Below are positions 14,651 through 27,755 of a stretch of DNA of 64,000 bases, one piece after another. The position numbers and the translations under genes were made by a program. Within the stretch, counting starts at the first letter, position 1, and each line of letters opens with the position of its first letter. This stretch comes from the human T2T-CHM13v2.0 reference genome, Homo sapiens. The notes beneath the pieces were generated by a model, which saw nothing but the letters and a program-made list of their open reading frames with translations, was not told where the DNA came from and made no database searches. Where the stretch lies: NCBI RefSeq assembly GCF_009914755.1, contig NC_060940.1; one strand, 5' to 3'.

Positions 14651-17600
14651 TACCTTATTTGTAAACATCATGGGTGGGGGGTTGCAGTAAACATGTTGGA
14701 AAGTAGGGTTGGAGGTCCGTAGAAATTGGGGGCTTCAGCACTTCCCCCAAGCTCAACACCAACCCCCTTTCTGAGCCCCTCTTGAAGGAGAGTTCCCTGG
14801 GACGTGCCTGGTATTGGTACAATCAGTCAGGAAGCATATTTCCTGGGGAGAAACTTACAAGTCCACGATCAAAGCCAACAAGAGACAAGGTGTTACATGA
14901 CTCATTTTTGGTTTAAGAAGTGACAGGCTGATTCTAAGTTGGGTTCAATTATTTTGTTAAAGCGTTTTGCTTATTTGACTTCTCCTGACCTCGGAAATAA
15001 TTCTAACCAATCAGTGCTGGCTCCCATTGGCCCTGGGGTCTGGTTGCTTTACAGCTGGTGACAGGGGGACCACTCCACTACCACATGTGAATTAATCCTC
15101 AACTCCAGAGCCAAGTGCCATTCTCCAGCAAGGTTGTATTTCTTCATTAGCTATTCCCAGGGCCCAGAAAGTCCCAGAGGATGTCAGAGTACATTAATTT
15201 TTATCATAACATGGAATCTTTCAGGTCTGAATGGCAGCACACGGCTGTCAGGGGCTTCTGAACTCTATTACAGCTCCATATATCTCTAGGCAAAACAGAG
15301 GAAAGAGTCGTCATTGGCAAGGGAGATGTACAAAATGCATGAGATGTTTTATTTTTTGAGTGACTTGACCACGTGCTTAAGCACATTCCCCAAACAATTT
15401 TTTTCTTATTGTTTGTAAGTTGTAAGTTGTAAATTCACCTCTGCCACCACCTATTAAAGCCCACTCCCTGCATTAAAACTGTATAAAGTGTATTTAAATA
15501 AACTCTCTTTGCATGATGTGAATGAAATCGTCATCTGGTACTTAAAACTATTCTATAAAGTTATTAAAAAATTAATGTTCCCTTCCCATGATTTTTCTGC
15601 AGAATTTATGCATCCATGATACTGCAGAAGTTCATAAATAATGGCTTGTATTGCTGCTTTAGTATTGCTTTATGCCTACAAAATATAATGTTAATTTGTA
15701 GCAATGCTAATGTGTTTTCAGGAAGGCTCTTTGTTTATTGCCTTTATTTTCCCCACTTACCAAGTGGGTAAAATGCTTTGAGGGATGCATTTTATGTATT
15801 CAGGAGGCCCAGGTATTATTTTAATAGAAGCACTATTGACAAATACCAGTCATCCCCCCTGTGCCAGGCCCTGGATGAGGCACTGCTTCGCATGGGGGCT
15901 CCCCAGATTGTCCCAGAAGGAAAGCATAGTCAAAGACAAAGTTTTCAGTTGTAAGAGTAAATGTGTTCTGCCTAGGCATTGTCAAGTAATTTACTGCCAG
16001 CTCTAGCCCTTCACTCAAGTTTCCTGGATACTTTTGACTTCTTAGCCATGGATGTGTTTGAAGGCTGCATGGACCTTCACTTACTTGCACTGCAGGTCAG
16101 CCTAATTGCATGAGCTCTGTGGACCACAGAGCAGGGTTTTCCAAAGTTCACCAAGACAAATATTGTATTATCTTAACATATATTCATTTTTTAAAACTGA
16201 AAATCAGAAGAGCAACTCCACCTAGCAGAAGTCTTTTGCAAAGGGCGAGGCGAGGCTAAAAAGTATAGAAGAGTTCGTTTCCAGTGCAATTTTATAAACA
16301 CAGATGGTCCTTAAATTAAGCAAATGGTACCTAAATGACTGTGTTGTGGATAATGGTAACAGAGGGAGGGACTCGGGGGTTTTTTAAAAAGTACTGATTG
16401 TATGCAGTGTTTTAAACAGATAACTGTGATCTTAGTGTGATGAAAGATGCTGGGAGATTTCACCAGTGGTATCTTATTATTTTTCGGGGATTTTGTAATT
16501 CAACAAAATTCTGTTGTATGCCAAGCATAACCCTAGGTGTGAGAGCACAAGGTGACTTCAGATACCACCTCTATCCTTCAGGGGTTTGGGGCCCATTATT
16601 ATGACTTAATCCATTTTGGGCGTGAGAAGCTGAGGGTCACAGAAAGAACCAATTCCCTCTTTAAATAATGCCACCCCAACCCTCCTCATCTGCCAGGTCT
16701 TTCCCTTCTTCTATTTGTATGAATAATAGTCACTTTCTCTTGTGGAGTTCGCTAAATTCTACTTTGGCCTATCAAATTTCTTTCATATCACAACTAAATT
16801 TCTTAAGGACGGGACTATGGTTCATTTGTCAGACGAACAAATGGGAATTTGCCAAGAGACACTTGGGTTAATTTACGTCTTTTCCATCCAAGGGCACTAT
16901 GTTGAAGTGAGGCTAGTAGGTCATGAGTGTGGTTGAAGTTACTTTTTCTTACTTTCCCGACCAGCCCCCATCCTTACTGCACTTAAAGTTGATTGTCCAT
17001 TTTATTAAATGTCCCCAGGAAGCCAGAACACAGGGCAGTAAAGTGCTGAATGCAAAGGGCAGGAGAAAAATGGAAACAACCAGAACTGTAACACCAAGGA
17101 ATGAGACCTGCATGTCAGATATCATGCCCATTGCACTAAGTGCCATTGGGGCACAATTATCAAATGGATGCATTTTCCCTAGAAAACCATCTTGGAGAGC
17201 ATGTGGATGTACTTCTATTTTACATTTCCCCCTATTTACAATCAATGAGATTGAGATTTTGTTGCTGGGACTGCTGATGATGGGATGGGAAAATATAATC
17301 AAGGTAATGGACATGAGGCAAAAATTTAAGGAAATGACAAAAACAAGAGTATTTCCATTTTCAGTTAAGTGTATGTACTGATGTTCTGGAATTCACTATA
17401 AGAAGTTGCAAATGGTGCATGAAATGAAAAATTCCTGGTGGTCTCCAGGGGACACAGCCGGTGCTGTGCTCCACTCTGGGTAACTGTTTTGGATTATTTT
17501 CTCTATTCCAACTGAAATAAAAAAAAATTAATTAAATGTGGCTAGGTTATCTTGACAGCAGAATCCATTCCCAGTTAATTATTATTTTAATACTTGATGG

Positions 17601-18466
17601 TGTCTGTCAAATTGTCGACATGTGACGGTCCTTTCAAATTTAAAGGAATAGCTGATGGTCACTGGCCACCCAAGCTGATACTGATTTTATATGTTGATGT
17701 TTCTCATTTTATTTGCTCTTTCCTTGAATATTTATTCAGGACATTCTCTACCAGACATATTGAGTAAGGGCAACAGAAACAATACATAAGTATCTTATAA
17801 ATGTGGAAAACAATGTATATGTGTTTTTTATCTCTCAATGATTGGTGGGTACCATATCCCCAAAGTAGAATGAGCATTTGAGAAAACAGGAAATATTCTC
17901 TTTTAGGCACCATCTCTGTCAAGGCTGATGCTGGGCTTTTTATATATTTTCTCTAATTCTTGTGGCTGTCAAACAAGGTGGGCATTATCATTCCCTTTAT
18001 AGGGGACACAGCTGTGGCTCAGAGGGGTTTATTCACTTTCCTGAGGGCCACACACATAATGAGAGGCAGACACAGGTGACGAAGTGAGTTTTCCCTGTCA
18101 CGCCATCTTATCTGTCACATACCTCTCTGACATGCTAAAATTGCACTAAACAAAAGAATTCTCTTATGCACATATCATGCAAAAGATATTCTTTAACTGG
18201 GGATCATGTTTCTCATTCCATCAATAGAATGACTAACATTTTCTGAGGGTGTCTCACGTGAAAGTAAATCGCTCATGTTTGTTCTTTTTAAAAGATGCCC
18301 TTCGTATTGTGTATCTTGCAGTGTTGCTTTCTCAAACTTAAGCCAACTATATCGTCATTTTTGCAAAATCACTGCGTCAGTTTACTATTATTTAATGTTT
18401 ATTGCTACCAATTTTAAGAAATCCTTTATAGGACTATTTGTGAAATTGATTTTGTGAGGATGATGA

Positions 18467-19128
<662 letters not shown>

Positions 19129-20246
19129 GATAGAAATAATTTTTATAAACTCCTTGGATGCTACCTAAAATCATCTTGTTTTGCTAGTGGCACATGCTGC
19201 ATTTTGGGCAGCTGTGGCCTTGGTGGATTGCTGAAGTAGATTTGACCTTACCTGGACTGAGGCAGCTGTTGAAGGGAATTGCTGTGTTCAGTGTATACTG
19301 CCATCCATGATTTCATGAAACCAGCTCTAGCTATTTAAGCAGGGGTCAAACTTAGAATTCTACAGTATTTTTTTCCCTTTTCTGGGAGGAAAGACAGTTG
19401 AACACCAGCAAAGACTAAGAAGTTTCTTAGAAGACTGTGGGTCCTTGGGCCCTTTCTATTGAATTTCAGAGTATTTCCAAATACTATGAAGTCTTGCAGC
19501 TTAGTTGAGAAATGCCCCAGATGGTGTGACATTCTGCTTCCAGGAGGGATTGGAAAGTATTTCCTTTTACATAACATTCCACTCAGCTCATTCCTTTGCT
19601 GTGTCTGAAATTGAATCCCCCAAAGCCACAATTATCTTAACATTCAGAAGAGTGTTTATTTAATCTGCAAAATCTTGCCTCACTTTTGGGGAGCATGTTA
19701 ACAATTTCACTTACAAATCTTCTGTGTAACTCAACCCCATGGTGGTGTCTACTGCTGCTCCTAGACTCTTTAAAGCACCTTTCTCATCTCAGGTTTGAAA
19801 TGATATGTCTCATTCTTGGGTTCCTTGAGTCGTAATGGGTTTGTCTTGTCTCCACAGCATAAATGACTCTTTCTTGATCAACTAGAACCACATCAACTTC
19901 TTCCCTCCAGCTTCAGTGATATATTGTGAAACATGGCTATTCAACGTCCTGTAGACCAAATGCCATAAGAAAAATAGCATTGATTCAAACGTATCCATCC
20001 AGATACCTAAAAAAGTTTTACTTCTTACCACATCTTGAGTCTGGGCAAACACGCACTTCCTATGGACATTGATTACTGTCTACTGTAGAGATAACATTTG
20101 CACATACAGATTATGGCACATGGTAGAAAGTGTTAAGTAATGTAGGAATGGACATATCCCAAGCAAAATTGGAAGCCAAGTCCCCTGTCCCTCCTCAAGT
20201 TGGTATGACTGGTGTATGGTGCCTTAATGGGTACTTAACGTCCAGG

Positions 20247-20768
20247 TGAGAGTGGCAGGAGGCAGCCAAATGCCTAGGTAGATAGGAGCCGGTCCCTGTT
20301 GAAACCCCACTTCCAAGTTGAAGACAGTTTAAAGACTGAAAGCCAAGCTACAAGTTAAATCCTCGGACCAGATTGAGAACTTGTCTTCTTACTTGGTGCA
20401 CTCTTCTGATTGATCCCCACCTTTCACCTATTTTACATATTCCTGCCCTTCCCTAACTGGTTTCCTATGCTGTCATGCCCACCTTTGAGTGTTGCCTTCA
20501 CTTTAACCTTCTGTGCATGCTCACAAAGTAATTAGCATGTACCCTCCATTCTGAGTTAATATAAGGCCCCAGACCCAGCCACATGGGGCAACTTTACTGC
20601 CTTCAGGTAGGGGAACCACCCCCACCACATTCCCTCTCCACTGAGAGTTTTCCTTTTAGTTAATAAATTCGGCTCCACTCACTCTCCATTGTCTGCATGC
20701 CTAATTCTTCCTGGTTGTGAGACAAGCAGTTGGACCTAGCTGAGCTAAGGAGCAGAAAGACTGTATGA
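20247..20768 (+). mobile_element. ERV1-class solo LTR (LTR9-like, tentative)
   Basis: TG start, 4-bp TSD cagg (20243-20246, 20769-20772), TATA-like aatataa near 20558, AATAAA at 20662. Confidence 0.75.
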
Positions 20769-22142
20769 CAGGGAACTTGTGTAACAGCTTGATCTCCTGT
20801 CCTACGTAGCTATCTATTGGTAAGAAGTTGAAGGAACTTGTGTCATTCCGTTGTGCCTGTCGTCTTGACCTTGTAAAAGGTCTTGGGTAAGCATGCAAGA
20901 AGTTTTGAAGAGGGAGATACAGCTAATTTGCAGATGAAGAGCAAGGGAAGAATTCCTGGAGAAAGGAAGAGTTTCCTGAGTCACCTTTGGGAGGTAGGAA
21001 GGGTTTGACATGTAGGCTGGGCATCTGGGAACGAGTGAGGGATTCTGTGAGCCCCATCTCAGTGGACCACTCAAGGAAGGTGGGTAAGCCCTGGGTATAA
21101 GTGTGTAAGCAGGGAACAGAAAGTACTGTGATTTAAAATATGTTAATTTTTCTACTGTACAGATGAGAGCCAGCTTGGAGATGGGCTGTAGCTCAAGCAT
21201 CTTACCTACCTCTGATTTCTTAATGCCACGTTATAAGGCTGCTGCTTGTAGCTCTTGAAGTCACTCCAAAAACAGATGAGTGAGACCCTGTTGCTAAAGT
21301 CCCACTGGGTGTAGATTATTCACAGATGTATACACAGTGGCTCATTCCAGGTAGGATGTGATCAGTGCTTTTAGAAATACAGAAAGTCCTATTGGTTTAA
21401 AAAAAATTTTTTTTTGTAATGAATTGAGTTTTAAAGCTAGCACTGTACAATAAAAGGGTGAATTTCACTATGAATTATGACAAACACAGTCATAGAGCTG
21501 CCATCATCACTGTCAAGATACAGAACAGTGCCATCACCCCCCAAATGTCCTCTGTGCCTTACTGTAGTCATACCTGCTCCTGACACCTAGCCCCTGGGAA
21601 CCATTGATCTTTTTTCTGTCCCTAGTTGTTTGTCTTCTCTGCAATGTTACATAAACAGAAATATTCTGGGTGTCGCTTTTGGAGTTTGGATTCCTTCCCA
21701 TAGCATAATGCATGCAGTATTTGTCTGTTTCTGCTAAATTACCCCCAAGACCTAGCGACTTAAAACAGCAAACATACACTATCTCACTCTGTTAGTTTTC
21801 CATTGCTGTTGTAATAAATTACCACAAACTTATGTGCTTAAAACCCAAAGCTATTATCTGACAGCTCTGTAGGTTAAAGATTTGTCATGGTTCTCATTGG
21901 GCTAAAATTAAGATGTCAGTATGGCTCTGCTGCTTTCTAGAGACTCCAGGGAGAATATTTTTCCTTGCCTTTTCCAGCTTCTAAAGGTCACCCACAACAT
22001 CTTCAAAACCAGCACTGTTGCATCTCTGACCTTAGCCCTGTAGTCCCATTTCCCTCTAGCCACAATCGGGAAAGGATCTCAGGACTGTTGTGATGACACT
22101 GTGCTTACCTAGATTATCTAGCATGAGCTCCCTGTCTCAAGG

Positions 22143-22519
22143 TGATAGAGTTTGCATGTTTTTCTCCTGCACATGCCATGTTGAAACATAATCCCTAGTG
22201 TTGGCGGTGGGTGTGCTGGGAGGTATTTGGATCATGGGGGTGGAACCCTCATGCATGACTTACGGCCATCCCTTTGGTGATAAGTGAGTTCACATGATAT
22301 CTGGCACCTTCCTTCCTCTGTTGCTCTTGCCCTCACCATGTTAGCTGCCTACTCCCCTTTTGCCTTCCGCCATGACTGTAAGCCTCCTGAGGCCTCACCG
22401 GAAGCCAAGCACATGCTTCTTGTAGAGTCTGCAGAATCGGAGCCAATTAAATCTCTTTTCATTATAAATTATCCAGCCTCAGTTACTTCTTTATTGCAGT
22501 GCAAGAATAGCTTAACACA
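22143..22519 (+). mobile_element. MST (MSTB-like) MaLR solo LTR
   Basis: TG...CA termini with perfect 5-bp TSD caagg; gccttccgccatgactgtaagcctcctgaggcctc. Confidence 0.88.
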
Positions 22520-22729
22520 CAAGGTCTTACCCTTGATCACGGTCTGCAGCATGTCTTTTACCATGTAAGGTAATATGTTCAGTGGCTGTGGGGGTTAGGA
22601 TGTGGACTTCTTTGGGGGACTTTTATTTTTCCCAGTTACTATTTTTGTGACTCAGGAATTTAGGGACAGTTTGGCTGGTTGTTTCTGGCTCAGGGTCTTT
22701 CTTGGGCTGCAATCAAGATGTCAGCTGGG

Positions 22730-23028
22730 GGCTGGGCATGGTGGCTCACTCCTGTTATCACAGCACTTTGGGAGGTCGAGGTGAGTGGACCATTTGAGGT
22801 TAGGAGTTTGAGACCAACCTGGCCAACATGGTGAAACGCCATACTAAAAGTACAAAAATTAGTTGGGCATGGTGGCACATGCATGTAATCCCAGTTACTT
22901 CGGGGGCTAAGGCTGGAGAACAGCTTCAAAACAGGAGGCGGAGGTTGTGGTCAACTGAGATCACACCACTGCACTCCAGCCTGGGTGAAAGAGCAAGGCC
23001 CCACCTCAAAAAAAAAAAAAAAAAAAAA
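22730..23028 (+). mobile_element. AluS inserted in MLT1
   Basis: TSD gtcagctgggg/gttagctgggg. Confidence 0.92.
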
Positions 23029-25470
23029 GTTAGCTGGGGCCAAGGTCATCTCAAGTCTTGACTATGAAAGGACCTAACATCATGCATGGCTGTTGGCAGA
23101 GGTCACTTCCTCATGAGCATTAAACTGAAAGCTATAATTCCTGACTATTGACCAGAGGCGAACCTCAGTTCCCTGCCATGTGGGCCTCTTCATGGGGCAG
23201 TTGATAACACAGCAGTTAGCTTCCATTGGATTGAGTAAGCAAGAGAGCAAGAACAGGAGTGATACAGAAGCCAGCATCTTTTTGTAAACCAATCTCAGAA
23301 GAATTGTCCATGATTTTTTCTATATTCTGTTAGTTAGAAACAAATTCCTAGGTCTCACCCACCCTTGAGGTGAGGGGATTACACAAAAGTATGAAAACCA
23401 GGAAGCAGGGAGCATTGGGAGTCATTTGGACCCTGCCTAGGACAGTGCGTTTGAGATCCATGTTATTCTATCCATTAGTAGTAGTTTGCTTCTTTTTAAT
23501 GTTGAGTAATATGCCATTGTGTGTTTATATATTGCTAATGGATTTTAAAGAGGGCTAATCAACGTGTTGATTAGAGGGAAATTTTCTTCAGTGAAATAAT
23601 ATTTGAGCAAAACCTTGAAGAACAATTAGGAATTTGACAGAGGGAATGGCACGAATAAAGACCCAGACTTAATCAAGTGAGGGGCGTACTCATCCATGGG
23701 GCAGTGGATGATTCACCTGCCTGGAGCTTAAGGAGAAGGGGGTGTAGTTGTGGCTGTTGCTCAGAAGGACCTGAATGTCAGGATGCATTTGTGTTTAATT
23801 TAGCAGACATTTAGGAACCATTAAAAGTTTTTGAGAATGGGTAGGTAAGATTAGAATAGTATTTTAATAAGTTTAACTAGGCTTTAACCAGTATTCATAA
23901 AAAGTCAAGTGGGAGAATGTAGAGGTGACAAGACCAGGTGTGGGCTATTGCAGTGACTACACCTAAAAGGAACAGAGCTAGAAACATGGAGTGACATGAA
24001 GTCATTGTCTTAGGTTGGTGATCCTAGCAGCTGAGCCTGGGATGGGGATTCTTGTTCCTATGATCGATTAGGGGACTGTTCCCAGAGGAGAGCCGAGAGG
24101 GAAGCAGGCTTTGGTTTCTACTGGAAATCTGTTTCCGCCCGATTCCATGGGGAGCTCTGGAGAAGGAATTGTATCACCGAGTTGGTCCTCCTTGTCAACA
24201 GAGCATGTGTGTGGGGGTGATGACTTCCCAGATGTGAGGGTGCCCTCCAGCAATGGACAGTTATCTGGAGGAGTTCATGCTCCAGAGGTAGTGCCTACCT
24301 CTGTGGAGAAGTAGGGGATGGCACGGTATTTTAGGGGTTCCTAATGAGCCTAGAGATACTGACATTGACCAGTCATGGAGACTAAAGGAGAAGATGGGAT
24401 AGCACATTGTTTTCCTAAGTATTTGTAATCAGGTGACTGGTTTGCAGATATCAGCCATTACAGAAATAAAGGGTATCAGGACGGGGAGGAGATGTGAGGA
24501 GAGAAGATGAAGAGTTTAGATTTAGGCATGTTGACCCTGAATTTGTGGGAAGGTATCCAGGAAGATAAGACTGACAGGTGGGAATGAGATTCTGGAACTT
24601 GGAAAGAATATAGTGGCTAGAGCTAAGGGTTTGAAGTCTTCATGGCGATTTTGTTCGGAGTCATGGATTTGGAAGAAACTGCTGCAGGGAAGATTTTAGA
24701 GATGGAATGAAAAGAGATTGGTGATGGAACAATGGGCAAAAGAGGAAGGGTTGGAGGAGACAAAAAATGGAGTGGTAGTGGCATTGGGAGGTCCAAGAGT
24801 GGACGGTATCACAGAAGCCAAGACAGGAAAGTGAGCCAGAAGTGAGGGAGGAGCAGGATCCTCTGCAACAGGGCAGTCTAGTCTTAGCAGAGAGGAGGTT
24901 GCTGGATTTATTGATTGAGAAGCCACTCCTCGCCAGGCAGTTTTGAGAGGTTCTGGATGGTGATAGAATGGAATTCATTCAGCTGATGATGAGAAGTACA
25001 TTTGGGTCAGGGAAGGAGACTGAATGGAGATGAATATTTCAAAACTATAGACCATAAATGGGAAGAGAGAGACGAGTGCAACCTGCCTAGGTCAAGTGAA
25101 TGTCCTTTTTTCTCTTCCCAGCCCTTGTCTTTTTTACCCTCTTTGTTTTCTGCATTTCTTTCCTTCTGTTCTGATTTTTCCTTACCTGATGGTCAGAAAG
25201 ATCTGATTGAGCTGACGCGTAGCAAGAATGAGCCAGTGGAGAGGAAAATGTAACCACCTAATGGGTTCTCCTTTCCTGCTAGCTGGACAGAGCTGATTTA
25301 TCAAGACGGGGGTACTGCAAATAGAGAAAGAATTTAATCCACACAGAGCCAGCTGTATGGGAAACCAGAGTTGTACTACTCAAATCAATCTCCCCGAGAA
25401 TTCAGGGATCGGAGTCTTTAAGGAGAAATGTGGTGGATAGGGAGCCAGTGAGTGATCTGGGAGTGCTGAT

Positions 25471-25903
25471 TGTCTCACGTGTCCATGTGAAGAGACCACC
25501 AAACAGGGTTTGTGTGAACAACAAGGCTGTTTATTTCACCTGGGTGCAGGTGGGCTGAGTCTGAAAAAGGAGTCAGCAAAGGGTGATGGGATTGTCATTA
25601 GTTCTTAGAGGTTTTGGCATAGGCGGTAGAGTTAGGAGCAATGTTTTTGGGGCAGCGGGTGGATCTCACAAAGTACATTCTCAAGGGTGGGGAGAATTAC
25701 AAAGAACCTTCTTAAAGGTGGTGGAGATTACAAAGTACGTTGATCAGTTAGGTAGGGACAGAAGCAAATCACAATGGGGGAATGTCATCAGTTAAGGCTA
25801 TTTTCACTTCTTTTGTGGATCTTCAGTTGCTTCAGGCCATCTGGATGCATACGAGCAGGTCACTGGGGATATGATGGCTTAGCCTGGGCTCAGAGGCCTG
25901 ACA
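25471..25903 (-). mobile_element. HERV-H solo LTR (LTR7B-like)
   Basis: Reverse complement begins tgtcaggcctctgagccca; gtgaagagaccaccaaacag; perfect TSD ctgat. Confidence 0.93.
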
Positions 25904-26040
25904 CTGATTTGTTGGCTTGAAGATGAAATCACAGGGAATCAAAGGTGCCCTCCTGTGCTGACTCAGTTCCTGGGTGGGGGCCAAAGGACTGGTTGGCAGG
26001 TCTGCATGGGGCCACCGTGTTGTCAGAAATGCAAAAATCT

Positions 26041-26786
26041 GGCTGGTGCAATGGCTTACCCCTGTAATCCCAGTACTTTGGGAGGCTGAGGTTGTCAGGC
26101 CTCTGAGCCCAAGCTGAGCCGTCATAACCCCTGTGACCTGCACATATACATCCAGATGGCCTGAAGCAACTGAAGAACTACAAAAGAAGTGAAATAGCCA
26201 GTTCTTGCCTTAACTGATGACATTCCATCAGTGTGATTTGTTCCTGCCCCACCCTAACTGATCAGTTGACCTTGTGACATTCCTCTTCCTGAGGCAGTGA
26301 GTCTCAGGAGCTCCCCCACCGAGCACCTTGTGACCCCCGCCCCTGCCTGCAAGACAAAACCCCCTTTAACTGTAATTTTCCACTACCCACCCAAATCCTG
26401 TAAAACTGCCCTACACCTATTTCCCTTTGCTGACCCCTTTTTCAAACTCCGTCTGCCTGCACTCAGGTGATTAAAAAGCTTTATTGCTCACACAAAGCCT
26501 GTTTGGTGGTCTCTTCACATGGACATGTGTAACAGAGGTGGGCAGATCACTTGAGGTCAGGAGTTCAAGACCAGCCTGGCCAACGTGGTGAAACCCTGCA
26601 TCTACTAAAAATACAAAAATTAGCTGGGCATGGTGCTGTGCACCTGTAATCCCAGCTACTCAGGAGGTTGAGGCACGAGGATCACTTAAACCCAGGAGGA
26701 GGAGATTGCAGTGAGCCAATTGCGCCACTGCACTCCAGCCTGCAATGCAGAGTGAAACTGTCTTAAAACAAACAAACAAACAAAAA
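26041..26786 (+). mobile_element. AluS interrupted by an LTR7-family LTR
   Basis: Alu 26041-26092 resumes at 26535; TSD gcaaaaatct. Confidence 0.93.
26093..26534 (+). mobile_element. HERV-H solo LTR (LTR7/LTR7C-like)
   Basis: tgtcaggcctctgagcccaagct...tggtggtctcttcac...taaca; perfect TSD gaggt. Confidence 0.93.
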
Positions 26787-27063
26787 GCAAAAATCTGAAA
26801 AGACATCTCAAAAGCCAATCTTAGGTTCTACAACAGTGATGTTATCTGCATGAATAATTGAGAAAGTTGCAAATCTTGTGACCTGAGGAATAACGGCTGG
26901 TAATTATTTAAAACTCAAGCCCCTCTCATCCTAACGTGGTGGCCTTTCATTCATTTTACAGGAACAGTTTAGTTTTGGGGGAAAGCTGTTATTTAAACTA
27001 TAAACGAAATTTCTCCCAAAGTTAGCTTGGCCCATGCCCAGGAATGACCAAAGACAGCTAACC

Positions 27064-27755
27064 AGTTACCGGAAACGGGTCCCAATCTAGACCCCAAGAG
27101 AGAGTTGTTGGATCTTGGGCAAGAAAGAATTTGGGGTGAGTCTATAAAATTAAAGTAACTTTATAAAGAAAGTAAAAGAATAAAAGAATGGCTACTCCAT
27201 AGGCAGAGCAGCAACTTTGGCTGTTGGACTAAGGATATTTATAGTTAATTATTGATTAGCTATAATATATTTTAATATAATATATATAATTATAATACAA
27301 TATTATATATAATATATATTTTATGTAACTATAAACAAGGGGTAGATTACTCATGAGTTTTCACGGAAAGGGGTAGGCAGTTCCCGGAAGTGAGGGTTCT
27401 TCCCCTTTTTAGACCATATAGGGTAACTTCTTGATGTTGCCATGGCATGTGTACACTGTCATGGTGCTGGTGGGAGTGTCTCTTAGCGTGCTAATGGATT
27501 CATATTAGGGTATAATGAGTAGTAAGGATGACCAAATGTCGTTGCCATCTTTGTTTTGGTGGGTTTTGGCCGGCTTCTTTACTGCAACCTATTTTATCAG
27601 CAAGGTCTTTATGACCTGTATCTTGTGCTGACCTCCTATGTTATCCTGTAACTTAGAATGCCTGACCTCGTGGGAATGCAGCCCAGTAGGTCTCAATCTT
27701 ATTTTACCCAGCCCCTATTCAAAATGGAGTCACTCTGGTTTGAATGCTTCTGACA
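27064..27755 (-). mobile_element. MER41B-like solo LTR with an internal AT-rich expansion (~27250-27330)
   Basis: gttaccggaaa...agaccccaagag...gaatggctactccataggcagagcagc...ctgaca; TSD aacc. Confidence 0.9.
27360..27389. promoter_or_regulatory. Tandem GAS (STAT) motifs in MER41B
   Basis: TTCACGGAA 27360-27368 and TTCCCGGAA 27381-27389 both fit TTCN3GAA; function untested. Confidence 0.65.

Larger units (their letters stand above)
21400..23545 (-). mobile_element. Nested stack: old L1M split by an MLT1 LTR (~21710-23445), itself split by a second MLT1 LTR (~21789-22640) and an Alu
   Basis: L1 phrase agcataatgca resumes as gtgcgtttgagatccatg near 23446; MaLR signatures aaattacc...ttaaaac occur twice. 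Confidence 0.7.

Noticed and set aside
16923-17381. Overlapping 152-aa (+) and 121-aa (-) ORFs in unique DNA
   Set aside because: No recognisable domain or exon signals; non-ATG start for the + ORF; lengths compatible with chance
23560-25100. Possible ancient L2 and ERVL-type LTR fragments
   Set aside because: Too diverged to assign family or boundaries by eye
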